Shown here piece after piece: positions 9,419-17,643 of a DNA stretch of 64,000 bases; the stretch's first letter is position 1; every line of letters starts with the position of its first letter. This DNA is from an uncultured Solirubrobacterales bacterium (GTDB taxonomy: Bacteria > Actinomycetota > Thermoleophilia > Solirubrobacterales > 70-9), in the NCBI GenBank assembly GCA_963835315.1, contig CAWIFA010000028.1:5197-69196 (forward strand), written 5' to 3'. Both the position numbers and the translations under genes were made by a program. Under the pieces are notes generated by a model. It made no database searches, was not told the origin of the DNA, and saw nothing but the letters and a program-made list of their open reading frames with translations.

Positions 9419-9928
9419 ATGCCGCCGGGCGCCCTGACCCGCGAGCGCGACGTGCGCGAGGCCTACGCCGCCCACGCGGGCGAGCTCTACGGTTTCGCCG
9501 TGCGCTCGCTGGGGGACGCCGGGCTGGCGGAGGAGGCCGTGCAGGAGACCTTCCTGCGCGCCTGGCGCGCTGGAGAGCGCTTCGACCCCGAGCTCGGCTC
9601 CCTGCGCACCTGGCTGTTTGCGATCCTGCGCAACGTGGTGATCGACAGCAGCCGTGCGCGGGCGGCGCGGCCGGGCCTCGCCGGGGGCGGGGTCGAGCCC
9701 ACCGTGGAGCCGCTGGAGGAGGCGCTGCTCGCGTGGCAGGTCGAGGAGGCGATGCGGAGGATCGGCGAGCAGCACCGCACGGTCCTCGTCGAGACCTACT
9801 ATCGCGGGCGTCCCTACGCCGAGGTCGCCGCCGAGCTCGGGGTCCCCGAGGGCACGGTCAAGAGCCGCGTCTACTACGGGCTGCGGGCGCTGAAGGTCGC
9901 GCTGGAGGAGATCGGCTATGAGGACTGA
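9419..9928 (+). CDS. ECF-type RNA polymerase sigma factor
   Basis: Region 2 (FLRAWRAGERFDP...RTWLFAILRNVVID) and region 4 (YYRGRPYAEVAAELGVPEGTVKSRVYYGLRAL). Confidence 0.85.
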   Translation: MPPGALTRERDVREAYAAHAGELYGFAVRSLGDAGLAEEAVQETFLRAWRAGERFDPELGSLRTWLFAILRNVVIDSSRARAARPGLAGGGVEPTVEPLEEALLAWQVEEAMRRIGEQHRTVLVETYYRGRPYAEVAAELGVPEGTVKSRVYYGLRALKVALEEIGYED

Positions 9929-10589
9929 GGGCTGCCGGGAGTGGCGCGAGTCGCTGGGCGCCTACGTGCTCGGTCGGCTCGCCGATGACGAGCGGGCTGG
10001 GCTGGAGGCCCATCTGGAGGGTTGCGCGGGCTGCAGTGCGGAGTTGGCGGAGCTCGAATCGGTGGCGCGGGTCATGCCGCTTGCCGATCCAGAGCGGATC
10101 GGCGCGGCGAGCGCGCCGCCGGCGGACCTCGGCGATCGCATCGCGGCACGGATCGCGGGCGAGCGGGGCTCGGCGCGGCGCCGGCGCCGGCTCAGCCTCG
10201 GCTTCGCTCTGAGCGGCGCAGCGGCCGCCGCCGCGGCGGCGGCGCTGGCGATCTTCGTGCTCGCCGGCGGCTCTTCGCCCGGCCCCGAGCAGCGGGTGAG
10301 CTTCTCCTCACTGCCGCCGGGCGTCGAGATCGCGGCGACGCTGGAGCCGCGCGCCTACGGAACCGAGGTCCACATGTATGTCGAGGGGATTCTTTCTGGC
10401 ACGCTCTGCCGCGTCGTGCTGCGCGGCCCGCACGGGGCTCGGCTGCCGGCAGGTACCTTTCGCTACCGCTACGGCACCGAGGAGGCGGTGCTCAGCTCGG
10501 CCCTCGATCTCTCACGGACCAGGTCGGTCGTCGTCCACGTCGGGCGGCGGGCCTTCGTCGCTCCGGTCGAATCGCAGCCGTCGACCTGA
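9918..10589 (+). CDS. anti-sigma factor (zf-HC2 type, single TM)
   Basis: Overlaps the sigma gene stop. HC2 zinc-finger pattern C...HLEGCAGC, then a central TM segment (LSGAAAAAAAAALAIFVLAG). Confidence 0.75.
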   Translation: MRTEGCREWRESLGAYVLGRLADDERAGLEAHLEGCAGCSAELAELESVARVMPLADPERIGAASAPPADLGDRIAARIAGERGSARRRRRLSLGFALSGAAAAAAAAALAIFVLAGGSSPGPEQRVSFSSLPPGVEIAATLEPRAYGTEVHMYVEGILSGTLCRVVLRGPHGARLPAGTFRYRYGTEEAVLSSALDLSRTRSVVVHVGRRAFVAPVESQPST

Positions 10590-10715
10590 CGCGTCCGGGT
10601 CTCTGGCCACATGGGCCCGCGGACCCGAACCGCGGCCCGCGTTTGAACCCAGCCGTCCGGCGCCGCGTAGACCGGGCGAACAACCGCAACGGCGACCTAC
10701 GCCGCAGGAGGAAAC

Positions 10716-11279
10716 GTGAACAGGACCTTGCCGGCCATCTCCATCCTCGCCGTGACCGCGGCGCTCGCCGTCGCGGGTTGCGGCGGGGGCTCGAGCTCCG
10801 GCGAAAGCGGCGCCTACGGCTCAGGCGGCGAAAGCGCGGCGAAGACCCGGGCCTCGAGCGGCGAATCGTCCGGGGGCCGTTATGGCGGCGGGTCCTCGCC
10901 GGCCTCCGGCTCGGGTGCAGCCGCCGTCTCGGTCGCGAGCGTCGGCGACGTCGGCAAGGTGCTGGTCGACTCCGAAGGGTTCACGCTCTACTACTTCGAG
11001 AAGGACAAAGGCGGCAATTCGGCGTGCTACGGGGCCTGTGCGAGCGCCTGGCCGCCGCTGACCACCAGCGGCGCGCCGCAGGCGATGAACGGCGCCAAGT
11101 CCTCGAAGCTCGGCACGACCAAGCGCAAGGACGGCACGCTTCAGGTCACCTACGCGGGCTGGCCGCTCTACACCTACACCGCCGACGCCGAGCCGGGAGA
11201 AGACAACGGCACCGACGTCGATTCCTTCGGCGCCCCCTGGTACCCGCTGCACCCCGACGGTGGGAAGGCGGGCGAGTAG
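10716..11279 (+). CDS. lipoprotein with COG4315-type secreted repeat
   Basis: Lipobox LAVAGC. Repeats VLVDSEGFTLYYFEKD...CYGACASAWPP and DGTLQVTYAGWPLYTYTAD. Confidence 0.7.
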   Translation: MNRTLPAISILAVTAALAVAGCGGGSSSGESGAYGSGGESAAKTRASSGESSGGRYGGGSSPASGSGAAAVSVASVGDVGKVLVDSEGFTLYYFEKDKGGNSACYGACASAWPPLTTSGAPQAMNGAKSSKLGTTKRKDGTLQVTYAGWPLYTYTADAEPGEDNGTDVDSFGAPWYPLHPDGGKAGE

Positions 11280-11518
11280 CGGAGGCGGGCTTCGCGGGTC
11301 GGACGACCGAGTGCCCCGTCGCGGCGCCGTGCCGGTCCGCCGCCTCGCATGCCGGTAGGGCCAGAGAGGTAAACGCGACAATGCGAGGCGGCCCGGGAAA
11401 AGGAGAGTGATCCCGGACCGCCCCGTTCGGGCCCCTCCGCCGTCATCCTGGGATCAGGGTGGCGGAGGCTGTCCTCGATGCCCCACATGTGGGCTGGGCA
11501 TCGAAGGCGTTGGCTGCG

Positions 11519-12343
11519 TCAGCCCTTCCCGACGCAGGGCACGCCGACGCCGCCCTTGAGAATGGTTTGGGCGGCGACCCCTGGGGTCCCGACTTCATTC
11601 TTGAAGAGCGCCTTCTTGCTGCGCACCTTGAAGACGCCATCCGGGCACCTGGCCTCGAAGTAGCCGACCTGCTTGCGCTTGTAGCGGTAAGTCTTGCCGA
11701 GCGTGAACCGGAAGCTGATCGCCGAGCCGCTGCCGCCGGCGATCACCGGGATCTTCGCGATCGCGTGCACCCCGGTGCCCTTCCTCTGAACGGTCACCGT
11801 CGTCACGATCGCCGCCGGTGCGGGCACGGTGATGAAGGTGTGGACCAGCAGCGTGATCTTGCCGCCTCTTTCGCCTCCGTTGAAGACGAGCAGCGGGCTG
11901 AGCACCTTGATCGGCGCCTGTTCGGGGAAGGCGACCTCAGCAGTCGCCTTGCCCTCCCCGATGATCGTCTTGCCGCACACGCGCTTGGCCGACTTGGTGT
12001 CCCGCGCCTCGAGCTGGCTGGCCCTGCAGACCGGGAAGCCCCTGGTGTTGATCTTGACGTCCTTGTCGACGTCGAGGACCAGTTCCCGAAATGCCGAGGG
12101 GTGGGTGCCGTCGGTCGTCTTGATCGTCCCGAAGATCGTGTGTTTGAACGCTTCGAACCTGTGCTTCGGCAGCGTCCGCTGGTGGATCCCGCCGCCGAAG
12201 GTGACTTGCAGGTCTCCCGCCCGCACGGTCGTGGTGGTCAGCTTCAGCGCACTCGCGACCCCGGCAGCGCCCAAGGCCATCACCCCGGCCAAGACCAACA
12301 CCGAAATCAGCCCTTTGCGCACGCCGATATGGTTTCCACGCAT
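11519..12343 (-). CDS. secreted hypothetical protein
   Basis: Inside ORF 11519..12412. The start at MRGNHIGVRKGLISVLVLAGVMALGAAGVASA gives a signal peptide. The sequence is beta-rich and no family was recognised. Confidence 0.55.
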   Translation of the reverse strand: MRGNHIGVRKGLISVLVLAGVMALGAAGVASALKLTTTTVRAGDLQVTFGGGIHQRTLPKHRFEAFKHTIFGTIKTTDGTHPSAFRELVLDVDKDVKINTRGFPVCRASQLEARDTKSAKRVCGKTIIGEGKATAEVAFPEQAPIKVLSPLLVFNGGERGGKITLLVHTFITVPAPAAIVTTVTVQRKGTGVHAIAKIPVIAGGSGSAISFRFTLGKTYRYKRKQVGYFEARCPDGVFKVRSKKALFKNEVGTPGVAAQTILKGGVGVPCVGKG

Positions 12344-12415
12344 GTCTATATCCCTCTCTCCTCGTGGCCCTGCCCCGATGACCAGGGCATCTTTATCCCT
12401 GGCAAGTAGCATACA

Positions 12416-12427
12416 TACATGAATGTA
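12416..12427. promoter_or_regulatory. small palindrome TACAT-GA-ATGTA in the divergent intergenic region; possible TetR operator
   Basis: Read directly. It lies 20 bp upstream of the TetR gene start at 12448. Confidence 0.25.
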
Positions 12428-12447
12428 GGTTTCCGGTTAAGAGCCCG

Positions 12448-13083
12448 ATGACGCCGACCGCGGCAAAGCGCCCTCGCTCAACCCAGGCCGAGCGCAGCGC
12501 CCGCTCGCGCACCGCCCTGCTCGAGTCCGCCGCGCGGGGCCTGTCCCGCCACGGCTACGCGAACCTCGTGCTGGAGGAGGTGGCGCGCGATGCCGGCTAC
12601 ACGCGGGGCGCCCTCTATCACCAGTTCAAGGGCAAGGAAGACCTGGCGCTTGCGGTGCTGGAGTGGGTCGACGAGACCTGGTGGCCCGAGGTGGGTGCGC
12701 TGGCCGAGGATCAGCCCAATGCGGCTGCGGGACTGCTTGCGCTTGCGCGCGCCCACGCCGTCTACTGCCGCCGCGACATCGCCCGCGCGATGATGACGTT
12801 GCGCATCGAGTTCAGCGGCAAGGACGGTCCGGTCGGTCGCATGATCGACCGGGCGCTCACGACATTGTTCGAGCACTGCGCGCGGCTGATCGAGGCCGGG
12901 CGGAAGGAGGGGTCGATTCCACCGGGGCCGCCTGCGAAAGTGGTTGCGAGCGCCTGGCTCGGAGCGATGGAGGGAGTCGTCATCGCCCTTGCGGGCAATG
13001 CGCCGCACGACGAGGAGCTAGTGGCCCGTGCGACCGCCGGCGTTCTCGGGCTGGACAGCGCGCTCGCGCAGCAGCAGGAATAG
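12448..13083 (+). CDS. TetR/AcrR-family transcriptional regulator
   Basis: N-terminal HTH (RSRTALLESAARGLSRHGYANLVLEEVARDAGYTRGALYHQFKGKEDL). Confidence 0.85.
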   Translation: MTPTAAKRPRSTQAERSARSRTALLESAARGLSRHGYANLVLEEVARDAGYTRGALYHQFKGKEDLALAVLEWVDETWWPEVGALAEDQPNAAAGLLALARAHAVYCRRDIARAMMTLRIEFSGKDGPVGRMIDRALTTLFEHCARLIEAGRKEGSIPPGPPAKVVASAWLGAMEGVVIALAGNAPHDEELVARATAGVLGLDSALAQQQE

Positions 13084-13392
13084 CGGCACGGCGAAGCACA
13101 GTCCCACCAGCAGCGTGGCTGGAAACGGCAGCCACCAGGAGCGCATCCTCAGACGGCGCCCCTCCCAAGCCGCCCAGAGCGCGAAGGCGACGAATGCGAT
13201 GCCTAGATCGAGGGCAAGCTGGGCTGCCGGCAACGACCCAAACCAGGGTCGAAAGTACCCGTCGAGAGAGAAGCCGTGTCGTGCGGCAAAGAGCACGAGC
13301 ATCGTGTTGGGCACGACGAACCCCACGATCGTCAGCGCGAGCAGGGTGCGTTCACGTCGATTCATGCTGACCCCCGTCATCGTTCGTGCCAT
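13018..13392 (-). CDS. small membrane protein (DUF2834-like)
   Basis: Four hydrophobic segments, including LALTIVGFVVPNTMLVLFAARHGF and VGLCFAVPLFLLLRE. Its 3' end overlaps the TetR 3' end by 66 nt. Confidence 0.55.
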   Translation of the reverse strand: MARTMTGVSMNRRERTLLALTIVGFVVPNTMLVLFAARHGFSLDGYFRPWFGSLPAAQLALDLGIAFVAFALWAAWEGRRLRMRSWWLPFPATLLVGLCFAVPLFLLLRERAVQPENAGGRTGH

Positions 13393-13949
13393 CGCCGCTC
13401 TATCGCCCGGAACATCTGCGGATAGACGATCAGGTGGCGGAACGGCTTGATCGCGGCCATGTAGGCGTTGCCCAGGAGGCCGTTCGGCTTGACGTAGACC
13501 GCCATCTGCCCCCGGTAGCCGCCACCTCCGTCAGCTACCCAGCCGAGGTGCATGACGCCGTGCATGGTTCCGTTTGCCAGCTCGGCGGCAAACTCGTCCT
13601 CAATCAGGTAGAGCGAGGTGAACGGGAGCGTCTCGAATTCCGGTCCGCCCGCGGCGCGAAGGTCATCCGGCAGTCGCTCGCGCAGCGTCGTCGCCCTCGA
13701 GCCGATCCCAGAGCTCGGGTCGTCCAGACCCAGCAGATCGCCGAGCTTCCATCGCAGCGACCACAGCGCGCGTGCCGCCCGGGACGGGGTTTCCGCCGGA
13801 TCTGCCGCCGCAAGTCCCTCGACGAGTAGCCGGAACTCATCGCCCCGGCCCGGCGTCGGCAGCGCCCAGACGTCCTCGAGGCGAAAGTCGGGGACGATCT
13901 CGTGGATCCGCCAAGGCTTGGAGAGGTGAGCGTCGTGGGGAAGTGGCAT
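13377..13949 (-). CDS. DUF2867-like protein
   Basis: Pattern ...AAELANGTMHGVMHLGWV...VYVKPNGLLGNAYMAAIKPFRHLIVYPQMFRAIERRW, recalled from memory of the family. Confidence 0.5.
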   Translation of the reverse strand: MPLPHDAHLSKPWRIHEIVPDFRLEDVWALPTPGRGDEFRLLVEGLAAADPAETPSRAARALWSLRWKLGDLLGLDDPSSGIGSRATTLRERLPDDLRAAGGPEFETLPFTSLYLIEDEFAAELANGTMHGVMHLGWVADGGGGYRGQMAVYVKPNGLLGNAYMAAIKPFRHLIVYPQMFRAIERRWHER

Positions 13950-13956
13950 CCGTGGT

Positions 13957-13974
13957 CTATACGGTAGCGTATAG
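13957..13974. promoter_or_regulatory. 7-4-7 palindrome CTATACG-GTAG-CGTATAG; likely operator of the adjacent TetR
   Basis: Perfect inverted repeat. It lies in the 60-bp divergent intergenic region between 13949 (-) and the TetR gene at 14010 (+). Confidence 0.4.
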
Positions 13975-14009
13975 TTGTGCTCCCGGGCGGTCTCTAGGGT
14001 TGATCGGCG

Positions 14010-14564
14010 ATGGCAACGAAAACACGGACGCCACGCGGCAGCTGGATCGAGGAGGGCCTACGCGCGCTTGGTCGTGGCGGGCCGGACGCCGTGCGAATCG
14101 AGCCACTGGCGCGGGCGCTGGGCGTCAGCAAGGGGGGGTTCTACTGGCATTTCGACGACCGCCAGGCGTTGCTGGGCGAGATGCTCGATGCGTGGGAGCG
14201 GACCATGGTCGACGAGGTCGCCGAGGCGATCGAGGCCGAAGGCGGGGACGCGAAATCAAGGCTGAGGCGGCTCTTTGCCATGGGCGCCGCCGCGGGCGCC
14301 GAGCTGTTCAAGGTTGAGTTGGCGATCCGCAACTGGGCCCGTCACGACAAAGCGGTGGCCAGACGATTGCGGCAGGTCGACAACAGGCGGATGGATCACA
14401 TGCGCGTTCTGTTCGGAGCGTTCTGCGAGGACGACGCCGACGTCGAGGCCCGTTGCCTGCTGGCCCTTTCGCTGTTCATCAGCGTCCCCTTCATCAACGT
14501 CGATCACCGCGGCCTCAGCCGGGCGGAGGTGGTGGAGCTGGCTTTGGAGCAGCTCTTGGCGTAA
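14010..14564 (+). CDS. TetR-family transcriptional regulator
   Basis: HTH block GGPDAVRIEPLARALGVSKGGFYWHFDDRQALL. Confidence 0.85.
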   Translation: MATKTRTPRGSWIEEGLRALGRGGPDAVRIEPLARALGVSKGGFYWHFDDRQALLGEMLDAWERTMVDEVAEAIEAEGGDAKSRLRRLFAMGAAAGAELFKVELAIRNWARHDKAVARRLRQVDNRRMDHMRVLFGAFCEDDADVEARCLLALSLFISVPFINVDHRGLSRAEVVELALEQLLA

Positions 14565-15051
14565 TCGACCAACCGCAGTCGACCGTGTCGCACGCGATCC
14601 CGACCATGGTGGTCGCCGGATTGTGCCCTTGCTGAACGGCCTGGACGCAAGCGCAGGCGTCGCCGTCGCGGCATTCGGCTTGGTCGCCGCTGCGACGGGC
14701 ACCGCCGCCGGCTACTTCGCCGGATATGACCGCAGGATGGCGCCGGAGCGGAGTGCAGAAAAGCAAGGTAGATCCGGTGAGTCGAACCTTCGAGCGTTTC
14801 AAGACTCCTTGACCTAGATATAGGTCAGATGATTTAACCCGAGGACGCGACCTGGCGCGGCAGCGCCTTGCCTCAAGCCAAGGCAACGCCGAAGCGACCG
14901 TCGGAGCTGTCGCGGCCCCCGACTGCGACTGCTTGAGAGAAGCGACTCGTGGTTACGGTGAAGTGGCCGAAGCACGAATGGCCGAAACACCGGCTGCCCC
15001 AGGCGCGTCTGCTGGGGGGCCTCGCGATAGGGATAGAGCCAGGGAGCCTTG

Positions 15052-15348
15052 TCAGCCAAGGCCGACGTAGATCGGCTCGTCTGCGTAAGGAACCCGCCCG
15101 CCGACGACGACGTGATTCTGCTTACGGGCCTTCTCCAGCACGACTTTCAGGTCCTCGTCGGCGATCACGACCTGGCCCGTGCGGGTGTCGGTCGCCACGT
15201 ACTTGCCCTCGTAGCCCTTGAAGTCGGTGCGGATCGGTTTCACGCAGCCGACCATACTCGCTGCCTTCACGGGCTTTTCGGGACCGCGCCCCTTGCCACC
15301 TCCCTTGCCACCCGCCGGCCAAATCGGCCCCTTTTGACCTCGGGACAT
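15052..15348 (-). CDS. small protein, DUF5678-like
   Basis: Start at MSRGQKG (ATG at 15346-15348). The block YEGKYVATDTRTGQVVIADEDLKVVLEKARK resembles DUF5678. The upstream residues of ORF 15052..15402 (MSGVRVPPPAW) come from translating tRNA-derived sequence. Confidence 0.45.
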   Translation of the reverse strand: MSRGQKGPIWPAGGKGGGKGRGPEKPVKAASMVGCVKPIRTDFKGYEGKYVATDTRTGQVVIADEDLKVVLEKARKQNHVVVGGRVPYADEPIYVGLG

Positions 15349-15368
15349 GGCGCATTCCGCGCTGCGAA

Positions 15369-15414
15369 GCCATGCCGGAGGAGGGACTCGAACCCCCGAC
15401 ACGCGGATTATGAT
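15369..15414. repeat. att repeat: displaced 3' half of tRNA-Met (46 bp identical to 22745..22790)
   Basis: GCCATGCCGGAGGAGGGACTCGAACCCCCGACACGCGGATTATGAT occurs identically at both positions in direct orientation. Confidence 0.9.
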
Positions 15415-15498
15415 CGGCGTCTTGTCTCTCCAGTTGGCTTTGTAGAGCCGAATTTCGTCCAGTTCGTTGTGTCCCGAAGGGTACGTTTTTGCCTAGTT

Positions 15499-15522
15499 GG
15501 GGACACATTTCGGGACACATTT
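15499..15522. repeat. tandem 12-mers GGGGACACATTT / CGGGACACATTT (candidate integrase arm-type sites)
   Basis: Read directly. A related copy is at 22679..22700. A partial inverted copy (GTGTCCCG) is at about 15470. The 12-mers lie about 30 bp upstream of the int start. Confidence 0.5.
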
Positions 15523-15553
15523 TTCGGTCCGGAGAGCGGCCTACCGTGGAGGC

Positions 15554-16828
15554 ATGAGTTCGTCCTCAGTCGTCTTCCGCGAAGTCCCGATCAGCGGCCA
15601 TGTCTTCCGCAGAAAACGGAAGTCGGGCGACCGCTGGATGGCGAAGTGGCGCGACGCTGAGGGCCAGCACCAGGTCGTGCTCGGCAAGGTGTGGACGAAG
15701 CGGGGAAGGCCGGCCGAGGGCTACCTGACCAAGCAGGTGGCCCAGCGCGAGCTCGACGCGATCCTCGCCGATGCCAGGCGCCACAGGATCACGAGTCAGC
15801 CGCGGCTCGCCAGCACGGTCACCTTCGCCGAGGCCGCGCGCGAGTGGCTGCGCTATGTCGAGCACGACCGCAAGCGCCGCCCGTCGACCATCGTCGACTA
15901 CCGCTGGATCGTCGAGCGTCGTCTGCTGCCCGCCTTCGGCAGCCTTGCTCTTGAGTCGATCACGACGCAGCGGATCGACGCCTGGCGGGTCGAGCTGGTC
16001 GCGGCCGGCGGCATCGCTGACGGCGAGGCCCTTTCGGCGCGCACGATCAACAAGTACCTCGGGGTGATGCACAGCATCCTCAAGCGCGCGCAACGGACCT
16101 ACGGCCTCGCGGCAAACGCCGCCGCCTGGGCGGAGCGCCAGCCCGTGACCCGCTCCGGCGACTTCGACGTGCTCTCAGCGGCGGAGGTCGAGGCCCTTGC
16201 TCGCGTCGCCCGCGAGGGGCGCCACCGCAAGCCGCCCAAGCACCCGACCGGCCTTGAATGGCGGGCGAAGCTGCGCCAGCAGGACCAGCAGGACGGCGCG
16301 ATCTTCCTCACCGCCGCCTACGCGGGCCTTCGCCTCGGTGAGCTGCGCAGCTTGCGCTGGCGTGACCTCGACTTCGGCAAGCGTCTGATCCACGTCCGCC
16401 ACTCCTACGTGATGCGCAACGAGGACGCGCCGAAGTCGGGCCGGGTCCGCAGCGTCCCGATGATCGACCAGGTGGCCGTTGCGCTCGACCAGCTCAGCCG
16501 CCGCAACGGCTGGACGGGAGAAGAAGACCTCGTTTTCGTCAGTCCGGTCGGCGAGCACATCGAGGACAGCGCGCTTCGCCGCCGCTTCTACGCGGCGCTG
16601 GAGGCGGCCGGCCTCAAGCACGTCCGCTTCCACGACCTCCGCCACAGCTTCGGGACCCTCGCCGTCCAGGTCTTCCCGCTGACCGACGTCAAGGCGTATA
16701 TGGGCCACGCCGACATAGCGACGACGATGATCTACGTCCACCACGTCCCGCAGGTGGACGCCGCCGAAAAGCTGTCGGCGGCGCTTCGCGAAGCGCCGAC
16801 CGGGCCCGCGTCGGTAGTCGCCGCGTGA
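15554..16828 (+). CDS. int: tyrosine-type site-specific integrase
   Basis: ATG at 15554 follows GGAGG. Catalytic blocks: AAYAGLRLGELRSLRW (R), HDLRHSFGT (HxxR) and TTMIYVH (Y). No frame disruption. Confidence 0.9.
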   Translation: MSSSSVVFREVPISGHVFRRKRKSGDRWMAKWRDAEGQHQVVLGKVWTKRGRPAEGYLTKQVAQRELDAILADARRHRITSQPRLASTVTFAEAAREWLRYVEHDRKRRPSTIVDYRWIVERRLLPAFGSLALESITTQRIDAWRVELVAAGGIADGEALSARTINKYLGVMHSILKRAQRTYGLAANAAAWAERQPVTRSGDFDVLSAAEVEALARVAREGRHRKPPKHPTGLEWRAKLRQQDQQDGAIFLTAAYAGLRLGELRSLRWRDLDFGKRLIHVRHSYVMRNEDAPKSGRVRSVPMIDQVAVALDQLSRRNGWTGEEDLVFVSPVGEHIEDSALRRRFYAALEAAGLKHVRFHDLRHSFGTLAVQVFPLTDVKAYMGHADIATTMIYVHHVPQVDAAEKLSAALREAPTGPASVVAA

Positions 16829-17226
16829 GCAACTTTCAAGCGGTCTACTACCGCGCTGCGGACAACTCCGAGCCCGTCCGCGAATTCATCGCGGAGTTGG
16901 ACGGCAAGCGCCGCGCGGCGCTTTCGCGCCAGATCGACTGGCTCAACGAACTTTCGGACGCCGTGCCGCATCTTCCGTTCCCGCACAGCTCGCAGGTGGC
17001 CGGAGAGTTGCGAGAGCTGCGCTGCCACATGGGATCAGAGCACTACCGGGTCTTGTATCGCCGCTCGGAGCGGCTGCTTGTACTCCTGCACATATTCCCG
17101 AAGCGAACCGGGAAGCTGCCGCCCGGTGAGATCAAGGTCGCCGAAGCACGCTGGGAGGATTTCAAGTCGCGGATGGATGCCAGGCCGCGTAAACGACCGC
17201 GTGCCCTCGGTCGCGATGCCCCGTGA
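16825..17226 (+). CDS. RelE/ParE-superfamily toxin (HigB / Gp49, DUF891-like)
   Basis: The GTG start overlaps the int stop (GTGA). Pattern VREFIAEL...GELRELRCHMGSEHYRVLYRRSERLLVLLHIFPKRTGKLPPGEIKVAEAR. Confidence 0.65.
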   Translation: MSNFQAVYYRAADNSEPVREFIAELDGKRRAALSRQIDWLNELSDAVPHLPFPHSSQVAGELRELRCHMGSEHYRVLYRRSERLLVLLHIFPKRTGKLPPGEIKVAEARWEDFKSRMDARPRKRPRALGRDAP

Positions 17227-17290
17227 CGCCCCTGGTGGTTGTTAGCAGCGCTGCTATTATTCTCTGCAGAATGTCAAGGGCCTTTGCGAT

Positions 17291-17629
17291 ATGAGCAAGC
17301 AGATCAGTCCCATTGGAAAGTCCGTCTCGGATGACATCAAGGAGTCCTTGAAGGATCCCGAGTTCCGGGCTGAGTACGAACGCTTGGCGCCCTACGACGA
17401 GTTGGCGCGGATCGTCATCATGCGCCGCGCTGCTCTCGGCATCACCCAGGCCGAGCTTGCGGTGCGGATGGGGACGACTGCATCGGCGGTCTCTCGGATC
17501 GAGAGCGGCCAGCACGCCACTAACGCGCAGACCCTTAAGAAGCTCGCCAACGCATTCGGCGTCCGGGCGGTGATTGGCTTCGAGTCCGGGCCTGCCAAGA
17601 AGCCCGAGCGCGAGCTGGTCGTCCTCTAA
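17291..17629 (+). CDS. XRE-family HTH antitoxin (HigA-like)
   Basis: HTH block GITQAELAVRMGTTASAVSRIESGQH. It is a paralog of 48572..48934, with a shared C-terminus ...RELVVL. Confidence 0.7.
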   Translation: MSKQISPIGKSVSDDIKESLKDPEFRAEYERLAPYDELARIVIMRRAALGITQAELAVRMGTTASAVSRIESGQHATNAQTLKKLANAFGVRAVIGFESGPAKKPERELVVL

Positions 17630-17643
17630 TCTGCACTCCGGCT

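Noticed and set aside
13018-13083. 66-nt convergent overlap of the TetR and DUF2834-like genes as a regulatory antisense feature
   Set aside because: It may simply reflect an uncertain stop or an indel in one gene, and nothing else supports a function.
14760-14830. Possible degraded tRNA fragment (GGTTCGACTC on the minus strand)
   Set aside because: No T-stem or acceptor pairing can be drawn, so the resemblance is likely chance.
15499-15522. Tandem 12-mers considered as a mini CRISPR or other array
   Set aside because: There are only two adjacent units with no spacers. Their position at the element ends fits recombinase sites. No CRISPR array is present anywhere in the window.
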